DNA of 62,753 nucleotides, filler included, from Hausera hauseri (GCA_046269625.1; 10 parts of 10 records of this genome joined end to end with filler, not necessarily neighbours in it), one strand, 5' to 3'. Numbered from the whole stretch's first letter, positions 22,626-34,813 are shown. A program made the numbers and translations. Notes: generated by a model from the letters alone, not told the origin.

Positions 22626-25028
22626 ATGGTAAGTACGAGCAGCCGACCTAGGATCGACGAATTCCTGCAGAGGTACGGACCAGTTCTCATTCCAAAATCA
22701 AAGGGCATATACCGAAGGATAAATTATGCATTACGGACAGAAGTACATGTCGAATACAGGAAAGTAAATGAAATACCTAACGATCTGAAAGGTACCACTG
22801 AAGACAATCGCACGGTTTTGTTATACGCAATGAGTGATAATAATCAAGTCAAGTCATATGATCTTAAGAAGCTAATCCAAAGTAAAACGGCCAGAATAGA
22901 GGATATATTCATCCATTTAGCCGACGGAGAAATTTATTACAGAATAAAGAATCCACAATGGGACGGCAACGAAGGGCGCCAATACCGATTTAGCACGTTT
23001 AGAATAAGTGGACAAGGTTTAGAAACTATTGACTATGGATTAGAATTTCGAGTAGCAGCCATGCCTGTTAAATTGATGTTCGAAGTAACCTATAAAGAGA
23101 GCTGCAACTTAGGCTTGCCGATTCTACAGTTCGAACAAACTCCAACAGAGGACCAAAAGGATGAACATCTGCAATAATATAAGTTAGTCCAAGACGGTCA
23201 TAACGTAAGGATCCTAGCTACGAACTATGGTAGAGAAAACGATGGATATGGAGTACCGATAGAGGTATCTATTCGAGAGATGGGACCGAATTATACTCAA
23301 CCATTATAAACCCTCAAAAACATGTCCAGGATTCACATGCGGAAGTGACTGGTCTAAGAAAAGATCAAATGATAAATGGAAAAGATATTCTACAGGTCCG
23401 TTTGGAACTAGACCACTGCCTTTACGGATGTATGATAACAGGATACAATGTCAGAAGAGAAATCGGGCTATTAGGGATATCCGATGCAAATATTGCCGGA
23501 CTTAGGGAAATAGCCACTCATTCAGTAGTGCAAGAACGAATGGAGAAAACCGCGCAAGGAAGAAACCGACCAACAGCGTCAGAAACCTTCTTTAAAATAA
23601 CCGTCGAAGCAATGAGTGACAACCCAAGTAAAATTCCAAGACCTCTGACGGCTAGGCAACGTTCCCAATATTTACAAGAAATTTATATAACGTTAAAATT
23701 GGAACATGAATGGACCCCTAAAAATCCCACATAAAATTTACGTAGCTGCATAAACCATGAACGAATAGATGGTAGATATACAAGAAATATAAAACCATAT
23801 TCCCCGATTTGAACCGTTCAACCAGCAGACAAGCATAGTATCAAAATCGTAGTACCAGAACCAAAACCAGAAGGCAAAGCGGGATTACGGACAATCAAGG
23901 AGAAAGAGAGGACATTGCAAGGAACACCAAAGCATCCAGAAGAACGAAGAGAAGAAACAATAATTAAAAAGATGAAAGTGGAAAAGAAACCCCAAGCCAG
24001 GAAAACATTATCCATCTACAACTATCTATTCAAAAAGCGTAAGACATATGAAGGACAAAAGGCAGAGAACCAACAGAATCAACCAAGTACCTCTCATGAC
24101 ATAGAACCGTTAAAGAAGGGAATTAGGAGTCCCATTATAACGGAAATTAACGCCCTAATAGGAAAAGGAAATAGAGGACGCATATTTTAAAACAACCCAA
24201 GATTTTCCCAGAATGTTGGGAACTACCGAATACTATAGCAAAAAAATAATAAAGGAAGCTATGTTCTTCAATAAACTTGCCCCAGCTAGAGAGGTTTTTG
24301 AAAACACTTATGTATGGGAGAATACTAAATTTGGAACCTACCTTACGTCAATTTTTCTATCAAAAAGGACAGGGAAGATAATAGTTCCCGTGGAAGAGCA
24401 AATCCGAATATTGCTGAAGAAACAATATAAGAAATATAAAATAGAAGGAAGTATTCCTGACCTAGATAATGACCTTATAACGGATTGGACCCTGATTCAA
24501 GTAGACTGTGATCCACGCAAAAGTTCGATAAACGTCAAACAAAAGGTAATTCACGGGTAATTATATCAAGATGGAGATGGCCTTGTGTTTAAACCCATCG
24601 AACTGATCATTCAAGTTGATTTAGACAAAGATGATTGGGGCAAGGAATACAGTGAATGTCCCGTATGTCAAGCCAATTTAAGACAAGGCTACATAATTTT
24701 AGACAATAGAAATTGCCGTCATAAATACTGTCCAGATTGTCTAGACAAGTGGACACTCGACAATGGGAAAACGACATGCTCAGTATGCCGAGCTGAAGCT
24801 ACAGAATTAAATTACTACTCAGAGGGGAATTATACACGAGTTGTTAGAATTAGACCTTATCACAGCTATAATTTGGAAACGAACCCAGTAGCCAGTCGAG
24901 ACCCAAGGAATTCACCAACTGATCTGCCCGAAAGAATGAATAGGTTAAGACAACCCAGAACATTGGGCGCCACCACTTCTGACGCAATAGGCTCCTCCGA
25001 GGATGCCGCTCAGGAAGGAGAAATGTGA
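22626..25028 (+). pseudogene. Accessory ORF (fragmented) ending in a C3HC4 RING finger
   Basis: A chain of same-strand ORFs. ORFs 24213..24560 and 24585..25028 share a frame across one stop. CPVC-x15-CRHKYCPDC-x12-CSVC is a RING-HC pattern. Confidence 0.7.
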
Positions 25029-25717
25029 GAAATTACAGTCAACTAACAGAGACAACTGAAATTGTTAACATTTCCTATTACTATGAAAGTGTATATATTA
25101 TTTTAATCGAATTGTTGAAATAAAAAATGGAAAATTTTGAAATAACAAATACAGTAGTTCGAGAAATCTAGTTAATAGAGTTTTATTTGTATATAAGCCT
25201 ACAAAAGTGAATTTAAGTAAAAACCAACATTGTGCTGCAAGATCTGCTGCTATATAAGCAGATCACAAAACGATGGTAGTCAGAAGTTTGGAAACAGAAA
25301 TTTAGTGTCCGACTTAGAATCGAACAGCAAAAATTAAAGACTTATTATCTGCGTTATCATTTTGAATTGATATTGCTGAAAGTGAACGTTGTGATATTCT
25401 GTGATCAAATAAAGGTTATTTTAAAATTTGTTTATTTAAACTCCCATATAGTTTTCTCATCGTCCCTTAAGGACGATTTGTACTACACTAAGGATAAAAT
25501 CATACTTAAAATCATATAGTTAAGTTGAGAATCTATAAACTGAGACATTCATTTATTTCGCACGCAGTGCCAGCATTACATACTAAAATCTTTTAAAATT
25601 ATTAAGGCACAAGCAGATTACTTGAGAACGAGTAATCTTAACCTGCTGAAAAGCGATATAAATTGAAATTAAATATTGTTATAGTGGGAGACGATAAGGG
25701 CCACCCCAACTGTAACA
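25024..25717 (+). repeat. LTR (~694 bp) of the giant Gypsy element
   Basis: Preceded by purine tract AGGAAGGAGAAA; starts TGTGAGA and ends TGTAACA. TATATAA near 25251 and AATAAA near 25408. A PBS follows. Confidence 0.8.
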
Positions 25718-25721
25718 TACT

Positions 25722-25738
25722 TGGCGACCCTAGCAGGA
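25722..25738 (+). promoter_or_regulatory. Primer-binding site (tRNA-Arg-like)
   Basis: TGGCGACCCTAGCAGGA, 4 nt after the LTR-terminal CA. The tRNA identity is inferred. Confidence 0.65.
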
Positions 25739-26034
25739 GAGTTTGTTCCTCGCTAGACTTTACTGTTGAGAAACCAATTAACGACATACCGACGAATACC
25801 GCCATTTACATCAAGTAATTGATATAATAAGAACCGAGAATTGAAATTTGGGATTATAAGTTGATAGGGGGAATTAACTAAATTGAATTGAGAGCAAACA
25901 CTGATAGGCTCAATTTGAATCAAAACTCGTTAGTAAACGAACAAAAGGAATTTAATTGACGAGAAACACGAAATAGGCTTTATACAGAAGAAACGGCCAG
26001 TTGGAAAACCAAGAAAAATAAAAGAGGTAGACTA

Positions 26035-26248
26035 TAATGCAGATTTTATTAGGGAACTGAGGCAATTATCAGTACCCACTCCGAGCTCAGATAATGAAGA
26101 ATTTATAGAACTAATGAGAGACTTAATTAGGATAGTTAATTATACCGGACTCCAAGGCGACATACTGTTTGAAAAAAAAGACTAATATACAATGTGCTCG
26201 GACCATGAAAACTTCGCGATTTAAATTATCTAAAAGCACCCTCCCTGA
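26035..26248 (+). repeat. Diverged second copy of ~15690-15903 (internally deleted tandem element)
   Basis: agggaactgaggcaattatcagtacccac...taaaagcaccctcc aligns by eye to 15703-15900 with scattered substitutions. Confidence 0.9.
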
Positions 26249-26348
26249 NNNNNNNNNNNNNNNNNNNNNNNNNNNNNNNNNNNNNNNNNNNNTTAATTAA
26301 TTAANNNNNNNNNNNNNNNNNNNNNNNNNNNNNNNNNNNNNNNNNNNN

Positions 26349-27314
26349 AGTTCTATTGTCGTATTTACTTACTCGAGGTCATCAAGTGAGAGTTCTTTCA
26401 CAACTAATACGAAAATAGCTGTCAGCTGATTATATTCGCCCATTTATTCCAAAAAACACTGATAATAAATATACAGGAGCTACGGTTATTAAACCTGTTT
26501 GAGGATTCTATCCTAATCCCATCCCAACATTGGATTTATCCAGTTTGTATTCCAGTATCATAATGGCTCACAATCTCTGCTACACAGCGATGATCAATGG
26601 TGATCCTAGTAATTTAAATTTGTTCCCCGAAGATTAAGAGAAATCCTCCAAAGGCCACTATTTCGTCAAAAAAGCGGTAAAAAGAGGTTTACTTCCAGAG
26701 ATTTTGTAGCAACTAATTGATGCCAGAAAAAAAGCTAAGCGGGAATTTGCTATCGAAACCGATCCGTTTAAAAACAAGTTTTCGATGGACGTCAGTTAGC
26801 CTTGAAAATTTCCGTTTACGGGTTCACCGGTACTCAAGTTGGTCGATTACCGTGTTTAGCAATCTTATTATCAGTTACTGGTTACGGTCGAGTTACGATT
26901 AAAAAAACGAAACAGTTAGTAGAGGAAAACTTTACGAATTCTAAGGTATATGCACAGGATGCAAAGGTTATCTACGGGGACACCGATTCTCTGATGTGCA
27001 ATTTTGGTGTTGAGATAGCAGAGGCGGCTATGAAACTCAGTCGAGAGGTAGACGATTTTATTACGGGTTATTTCATTGCACCAATCAAATTGGAATTCGA
27101 AAAAGTCTATTATCCGTATTTGTTGATTAGCAAAAAGCGTTACACCGGAATGTATCACACAAAAACAGATAAATTTGATAAAATGGACTGTAAAGGTCTG
27201 GAAATTTTCAAGGAATTAACGAAAACTGGTAACGAATATAACAACAAAGAAGCTCACACAAAACTGACATTAAAATTACGCAAACGAGATTTTGGTAGTG
27301 CACCACAATTGGGT
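26349..27314 (+). pseudogene. POLD1: DNA polymerase delta catalytic subunit fragment, intronless and disrupted
   Basis: [92 protein letters not shown] and RKRDFGSAPQLG. Confidence 0.95.
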
Positions 27315-27578
27315 GGAATAACTTCTGTCATAATATTACCTGGGGAATTGTTGTCTCAAGCAGCACCGTGCTTGGAGCAAAAAACCTATCCAACCAAAAT
27401 AATTAGTTCATATAGAGGAACACTCTATGACGCGTTGGAATTTGTGAAAACTAATTGCGGTGTGGAAATCAATCCGAATAATCACGGCGAATTATTGAAA
27501 ATTGTCAAAAGCTGTCTTGGTGCAAAATTCGTCAGTAAATAGTCCGAAAGGGCCTGTAAAATTGCACTAGATGCAGTT
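27315..27578 (+). pseudogene. CCT3: T-complex protein 1 gamma fragment fused in frame to the POLD1 fragment
   Basis: GITSVIILPGELLSQAAPCLEQKTYPTKIISSYR...LLKIVKSCLGAKFVSK*SERACKIALDAV matches CCT3 GTTSVIILAGEML...HPTVVISAYR...ACNIALDAV. Confidence 0.85.
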
Positions 27579-27974
27579 TTAATGATCCCAGGCTCTACAG
27601 ACACTGGACTTAGGATTTAAATAAGGTTGGATAATTTGTTACTTTTCTACTTTGTTATACTTTGTAAAATAATACCAACCTGAGTATCCCAATCACTACA
27701 TTCAATATTCCCCAGTATAGTTAGTCAAATAAGTATTACAAATTCAGTTGTTTATTTGTTGAGCCTATGAACAAGGTACTGAAACCTAAAAGGTTATTTG
27801 CTAACATACGAAAAAGAGGAAGTGACTTATCGTTTTCCGAACCAACTGATCAAATGTTCAGGATAATATCCAGATCTAATGTCCCCGATACCATCCTAAC
27901 TGGGCAGATCAGCCATTACAATATAGGGATTTTGGGTGCGACCGTGTTCCCGGTGGCACACTGTACCTTTGACA

Positions 27975-29283
27975 CGACACACATTTTTCTCTATTTTTCT
28001 TTTCTTTCAAAATAAACATACACACACCGCACATACGCTAAGGCAACAGCAGCATATCTGTTTGTAGATTTGGCTCATCGCATTAACTTAAAAGGATACA
28101 CACTAAGCATAAACGGATACCATCTTCACTATTCCGATCTAATATCATCCTTTTTATCCTCATATTCATCGCTAATAATTACCTTATATCCTCGCCCATT
28201 CGGTGGTTCCGACATCAAATCTATATTAAACAATCCCCAGGAACTCACCGATATTCACACCATACATGTTCCTCTAAAACAGTTTTCTTTAGTTTTACCT
28301 GCAGCATCCTATTCGGTCAATTTCCCTAGTGTCGACTATTTTACAGATAAACAACATTCCAGTCGTACATGGCTAGAATTTTGTGCACAGTGGCTAAAAT
28401 CGAATAAGATCACTGACCCTTTCTTCAAAGACAATAGCCTATTAATACTTACCAGCCAGCCTTAAGTCGCAACTCCCAAATCTTTCCGATATTTTTCAGA
28501 CGATAGACCCATACGAAACACTATTCAACGATGTCCTTAAACTCACCGAGCCTTCTCTGGATAACATTATCCAGAAATATTTCAATGAAAACACAATAGG
28601 CACTCTAAAGCCCTCCGAATTTTTGCAAACATCTTGGACTCATTTAAGCAAGTTGGGAGTGAATCAAATCAACAATGCCAACTTATTGCTCAGATATTTC
28701 CTCCAATCATTACCGAAAGAAATACGCGCTTTACTAACAGTAGTTGAAGATACCGCTACGTTAGAAAAGTTAATACAACTGGCTGATAAAAGCTACAAAA
28801 TACTAAATACACACCATACTCCTATTGTCGCAGCCACATTACAACCGCTTATGACACCACCCAATGCTGAAATCTTAGCGCTGAATAATTAAATGAACGC
28901 TCTTCGGGCTGAAAACACGGCAATACACCAAGCCATTTCTGCTCTAACTTCTAAACTAGACAATTTATCCATGCCACGTCGAGATCGATTTACACCTAAT
29001 CATAGCCGCGCCTCATCGCACAATTCTAGATCCGCAGGTCCCTTACTCGACCTATGGTGTGCTATTATCACACTAAATTCAAGAACCAATCCAGCAAATG
29101 TTGCTTGGGGTGCAAATTCTGTACACCAGCCTTTCAAAAATATGACACTTTTTGCATTTACCATAATAGGTTCAGCAATAAAGCCCAAAACTGCATCAAC
29201 GGTTGCACTTTCATTAACCGATCTACTTCACCACGATCTACTCCTTTCAGCAACATAAATCCTGTGCCTCCAAAAACTTATAA
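27975..29283 (+). pseudogene. gag: Gypsy Gag (CsRn1-like) with ubiquitin-like N-terminus, disrupted
   Basis: HIFLYFSFLSK*TYTHRTY...AYLFVDLAHRINLKGYTLSINGYHL...IITLYPRPFGG. Then WLKSNKITDPFFK, YFLQSLPKEIRALL, CYYH-x9-C-x3-C and CIYH-x9-C-x3-C. Confidence 0.88.
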
Positions 29284-30430
29284 AGCCGCAAGATGTTTCG
29301 GCACATACTGGCACAGTCAAACGTTTCCCATCTAATAACCGTACCTATGCCGTTTTTACACTAAAAGCTTCGTTAACCTCCGAAACCAATCATTCAACTA
29401 ATTTCCTAATTGACTCTGGAGCAGCTGTTTCCTTATTACCACAATCCATCAAAACACTATCTATCGCACCGTCTAACACCAAACTGTACACAGCAAATGG
29501 CCCAGCTTAACGCATTTTCGGCAAATCCAAAGTTTCATTCACGTTACCACCATTCTCCGACATTTTCAATTGGACATTCATCGTTGCCGACACAATCGCC
29601 AATACTTTGATCTGATTTCTTATCTTCCTACAACCTCCTTGTTGATTGTAGACAACGTCGGATCATCAAGAGTAGTTCAACAAAACGTACCTTTACGAAT
29701 AACCAACAAAAACGCAACCTATCTCGCCTATAAAATCGATATTAAAAGAACCATCAGTCAACAAAAATAATAACGTCATTAATACCAATATAAATAATCC
29801 AACATTTTTGCTGCAGTCCGGTAATAGAAGAACAAAAAGCGTAGACAAGGACGATTTAGGCAATTCGATTTCTAGCGTTTCATACACTACAACAACAGCC
29901 TTTACTACGCTTAGCCAAGAAATGCAACAATATCTAACCAAATTTTGTTCCCATACAATTAAAAAAGACTTAACATATCGACCGGCTAACACGACGCTTC
30001 GTCATATCACAGAAAATGTTAGACCCGTTAGGCAGAAACTCCGCCTACTTTCAACATGCCGTCGACAGGCAGTACAAGCGGTATTCTCTGCACTCGAGCA
30101 AGCTAGCATCATAAAACGCTCTAAATCACCATGGGCATCACCACTCCACGTCGTCCCAAAGAAAGATGGCACATTCCGTCCATGCGGTGATTATCGACAA
30201 CTTAATAATGTAACAACCATGGATGCTTATTCTCTATCGTTGATTAAGGATATATTGCATTCTTTACGCAAGATTACGATTTATTCAAACATAGATCTCG
30301 AAAAAGCCTACCACCAAATACCGGTAGCATCAGAAGACATCCCAAAAACGGCAATTATAACACCTTTTGGTCTTTTCGAATACGCATTCATGCCGTTCGG
30401 TTTAAAGAACGCAGCACAAACTTTCCAACG
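29277..30430 (+). pseudogene. pol: Gypsy pol, protease plus RT N-half; truncated by contig end
   Basis: YAVFTLKA...FLIDSGAAVSLLP; SPWASPLHVVPKKDGTFRPCGDYRQLN; MPFGLKNAAQTFQ. Confidence 0.95.
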
Positions 30431-30530
30431 NNNNNNNNNNNNNNNNNNNNNNNNNNNNNNNNNNNNNNNNNNNNTTAATTAATTAANNNNNNNNNNNNNN
30501 NNNNNNNNNNNNNNNNNNNNNNNNNNNNNN

Positions 30531-30956
30531 ATCAATCGATTTAAATTCTAACTGCACATTCATATACAACATCAAGTGCACTTGCAATTGCACTCGGTCT
30601 CGAGCCCCAAAGATTGATTTTTGTAAACTCAAAAATCCAATATTATTGATTTTTGCACACTTGCACATGTGCTGCACACTTGCACTGTGCATCAATCGAT
30701 GCGTCTTCATGTGCTCTATCGGTTAGCACTTTGTCCCGATCGATTTGATCAATTGTGTACTGTGTAGCGATGGATAAGTGAAAAGTGCAAAAGTGCCCTT
30801 AGCAACGGTGCCTAGCGGCACCGTTGTTAGGCACTTTATGGATCGATAATGCACAGGTTGCACTATTGATCGGCACATGTGCAAAATCGATTTACCGATT
30901 ACCCCATCCACACACACACACACTCGGATGTGGGCCAGAACCGCCATTTCCCCCTA
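30531..30956 (-). repeat. Probable 3' LTR (partial) with PPT of a minus-strand LTR element; palindrome-rich
   Basis: The minus strand reads AGGGGGAAA-TGGCGG (TG at 30946), downstream of same-strand Gypsy pol remnants at 32740-33260. Confidence 0.45.
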
Positions 30957-31509
30957 ATGGGGTTTACTTTTGTAATATCAATACGTTCACTCAGGACGTC
31001 ATATGTTTCTCTTCTGACACATTCATCATAAGTCTTCTGCATTTTGTCCAGATTTTTTTCAACAATTTAATCTGAAACATGTGGACAATTCAACATATTC
31101 TGCCACAATTTTGTATTTTCTTTTTAATTTTCTGCTATTCGTTCATATCAGCCTTTGATTTATGCCCCTAGAAACTGGTATCGTCCAACAATGTGAATAT
31201 GAAGTGGTATTCTGCATTCTTCTAGGGAATACTCCTGTGCCTGCACATTACCTCGCCTTTTGGGCGACTGCTCAAATGCCACCAAATTCTGTGTCCAGAT
31301 GCCCTTGTTATTCTGTATGGCTATACCTCTATTCTTGTTTGAAATTATTAGTCACTGAAACAAATATGACAAGTAAAAGCTATACCAAAAAATTATGATT
31401 GAAGAATCTCCAACAAGATCTTTGGATATTGGTATAAATATAAATTTATTTTTACTTAAATCTGTACAGTTTAAAACGATACAAAACAAACAAGGACACA
31501 GACATTATA

Positions 31510-32454
31510 CAGGGCTTTGCAGGTAAATCCGGAAAAAGTTTATGAGTTAAATTTTGTGCTTTACTGATTGAATTTATGTCAAATATTTTTCGTGTTTAAC
31601 CATATATCTTTCTACTTTCAGGAGCTTCATTGCATTCTTCAATTGGTTCACGCGATTTCATGGAACAGGTGCATCGATTCGCTAATGTTATTTTAGCCTG
31701 CTTCGGCCACTAGGCTGCAGAGATCGTCAGACTGACGAAAGCTTCAAAAGTCGTTGTATTTGTAGACGAGAAGAAATTTATTGTCGACGCAGAGATGAAC
31801 TGCCAAAACTCACGCGTCATCGCAATTGACCCTTCTGAGGTGTCTCCTGTGTTCAAAATTAAGAATCCTGCCAGTATGATGGTCGTCGGCGCCGTGGCGA
31901 GTGATGAGAGCATGATGCCACCCAATTTCATTGAGGCTGGCTTGAAGATAAACACGGTGGAGTATATCTCGGTCATAGAGATAATTCTCCTTCCCTGGAA
32001 GGAGAAGAAGTTTGGACTCGTCAACGTCGTGCTTGTTCAGGACTGTGCGCCCTGCCATGGGTCCAAGATGACGCAAGCCTTCCTGGTCGAGAAAGTTCCC
32101 TTCGTCGTGAAGTCAAGCATCTGGCCCTCCAACTCTCCGGACCTGAATGTTCTTCACTATTTTATGTGGGGCGTCGTTCAATCGAAGGTAAGCGTATGTT
32201 CTAAGGCCAGTGTCGCCACTCTCAAGAGCTCCGTCAAGCGGGAATTCAGGAAGATCGACAAAGACGATTTGGTGGGCTCGCGCGTCAGAATCGAGTCCGT
32301 AATGATGGCCAATGGCGGCCTCATTGAGTAACTTTACTCATATCTGACCAATAAATACAGACGTAAATATCTATGTTCATATCTGCATTATTACGATATT
32401 TATGGTCATTTCGTAATTTCAAGTAAAAATTCCGGTTTTATCTGCAAAGCAGTG
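31510..32454 (+). mobile_element. Tc1/mariner-superfamily DD37D (maT) transposon, internally deleted
   Basis: Imperfect 25-bp TIRs (cagggctttgcaggtaaatccggaa / ttccggttttatctgcaaagcagtg) with TA on both sides. Transposase motifs VFVDEKKF, VQDCAPCH and WPSNSPDLNVLHY; 37 residues separate the second D from the third position, now H. The N-terminal HTH is absent. Confidence 0.9.
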
Positions 32455-32739
32455 TATGTTTTTGGGGAAGGACTTCGTAATCACTCTGTATAGTGTAATA
32501 ATTCAAAGGTTCGCCTTTAAAACTGTTTATTTATTAAGTGTTATCCAACAACAATCGATGTTGAAACATGGTATTCTTTCAGTTTTGATGGTAACTGACA
32601 TTTGTGGACTCATCGGATAACTCCTTTCTTGTAATTCTGCAACTACATCAGTCTTAATTGGTAGTGCTTCATTTCTATTATCTGCTTCTCAGCACACTGA
32701 AGTGTCTGAATCTAATGCTTCTCTGAAACAAGGCAGTTA

Positions 32740-33260
32740 TATCTCTGAAACAGTCATTTGCCTTATTTACTTGATTGTAGTTCTCTTGGATCCGCTTCCA
32801 TTCTTGATCCTTCATTAGGACATACGTCCATTCGTCAATTACCTTTTCAACTCTGAGTGGACCTCAACATTTATTATCAAAATCAAACTTTGTTTTGCAC
32901 TTTACCATTATGGCATCTCTTATTTCAAGTCTCTTGTTCCATTTGTTCCTGTTATATCTGCTTGTTTCTTGTTTTCATTTCTCTTTCTATTGTTAAATAA
33001 CCTTTTCATAAATCATTTCAAACTTCTTGTGTAACTCTGATATATTCGCTAGTGCTGCTTGATGCATAACTGAGATGTAAATTTCGTAACAATGCCTCGA
33101 AGAATATGCTATGATGCGTTATTTTCCGTTTTGCAACTGTTATAAAAGAGCGCCTATACTCTAAAACATGCGTCTGTGTCTAATATGTATTTTCCAGTAT
33201 AAGTTATCAGTAGGGTTCTTTAGGTGCAAAATATAAGGTTATAAACTATACATACTGTGG
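32740..33260 (-). pseudogene. pol: Highly decayed Gypsy pol remnants (RNase H start and integrase GPY/F region)
   Basis: Manual translation gives GKYILDTDAC, IGALL*QLQNGK*RIIAYSSR and *GPLRVEKVIDEWTYVL. Confidence 0.6.
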
Positions 33261-33974
33261 TGCCCACATTTACCCTATCGATAATTTGGACAAAAATAAA
33301 GAAACATTTTCTTGTTTACCATAATAAAATCAAAATCTCGTGAATTCAGCCAATTTCGAACGTTTAATATTTCACGTCATTTTTTCTCTTGGTAACCCAA
33401 CTGTGCCTAATTCTGATATGTAATTTTCTCATCATTGTGAAATGGTTTTCAATCGTATGCAGCTTTGTTATTATATGATACGGTTCAGAATTTGTTGATA
33501 TTGTACAGTTTAAATACAACACGCGAATTTCAACTCACTCTTTATTGATATTGGATTTAACGTCGCAATCATTTTATTTTCTGTCGAGTTCTGGCTATCA
33601 ATGGATAACCGTACAATAAATGACCAAATTATAAATCTAAACCGCGGAAATAATACTGGTGTCAGAAGCCCACATCTGTACACAGTCGCTGTACAACGGG
33701 CAGAAGTCCAATATTTTTTAATGGTCACTGATCCAGCAGGATCAACCGTTTTCCATCAACCAGTTAACAAACGAGAGACTGGTTGCCTCATAATCGAAGG
33801 ACAACAGTTGGAATTTTACATCCCATATCTACATATCGGCGAAATCTAGGAATTATTTTATTTCTCCATCAACGACGCAGTCGACACAACAGATACTGTC
33901 AGTGCTGCTCCCGTCCAGCCAAATAAAATGCCAAAACCAACGATTGCTCAAGCAATTCTCATCCCTCTCACTCA

Positions 33975-34713
33975 CCAGAATATAATTGTCGGGATATTGA
34001 AGGATCTAATACACACACTCTTCTGAAATCGCCATGTGATTTGCTTAAAGCACTTTGTAATCTCACCCAAGAAGGGATTGTCGAACAGTTTACTACCTAT
34101 GCCCAGAGTTTACCAGATCGTCATTCGCAAAATCCACAAGTACATTGGAAAGAAAATGACTGTGCACTGCTCTTCATTACTTCCATTGCATCACGTGACA
34201 GTACCGAAAGATACGGCATTACAAATACGACCTTCGATGACATTGCTGCGCTCTATAAGAGTCACGTGTTGCCGGAATTATCTGGTAAAATCGGCGATAA
34301 TGCAGTCGTTAAAGCCAACTGTATCAAGTACCTTATGGCATTCCGTAATATCATTTCCCACGACGAACGGAGATCATCGATAAATTTGCTATCACAATTT
34401 GCCTTTCATCAATCTCACGTCGTCCACACGCATACAGCTGCTGCCGTTAATAAATTATTGATGTTTCGTTATCCGTCGTCGCCCAATGCCATCAGTACTG
34501 CGGCAGATGTTAACGAAACGATGCTCTTTCGGTTGTGCGATGCATTGCAGATCGAAGGATCAGAAGAGAATGATTATACTATGCAGGCTATTATGTGTTG
34601 TTTGACTTTGTTGAAAACTAGTCAGCAGTTCGTGTCGAAATATCTGCCCGACAGATGTTCTCTGTTGAAGATCTTAGTAAAATCGAAATGTTAGAACGTT
34701 CAAATCCTGCAAC
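33975..34713 (+). pseudogene. CSE1L: Exportin-2 / CSE1 internal fragment, intronless
   Basis: EYNCRDIEGSNTHT...CDLLKALC, NPQVHWKENDCALLFITSIASR...YGIT, HVLPEL, VVKANCIKYLMAFRN, VVHTHTAAAVNKL and SEENDYTMQAIM follow CSE1L order. No N-terminal half upstream. Confidence 0.88.
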
Positions 34714-34813
34714 NNNNNNNNNNNNNNNNNNNNNNNNNNNNNNNNNNNNNNNNNNNNTTAATTAATTAANNNNNNNNNNNNNNNNNNNNNNNNNNNNNNN
34801 NNNNNNNNNNNNN

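Larger units (their letters stand above)
15426..25717 (+). mobile_element. Giant Ty3/Gypsy element, 3' two-thirds: upstream ORF tail, env-like gene, pol, membrane protein, RING ORF, LTR
   Basis: Collinear same-strand ORF remnants that end in a PPT and a TG...CA LTR. The 5' part is homologous to 34814-35850 in contig 6. Confidence 0.88.

Noticed and set aside
26802-27542. Viral or Polinton-type family B polymerase
   Set aside because: The motifs (PIKLEFEKVYYPYLLISKKRY, DKMDCKGLE) are specific to cellular Pol delta.
26349-27578. Alternative genetic code explaining in-frame stops in host genes
   Set aside because: TAG replaces different residues at conserved sites (E in POLD1, W in CCT3, Y in CBP) and co-occurs with frameshifts and deletions. 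Ordinary decay explains it.
31000-31420. env-like 3' ORF of the decayed minus-strand element
   Set aside because: Too degraded; no recognisable motif in any frame.
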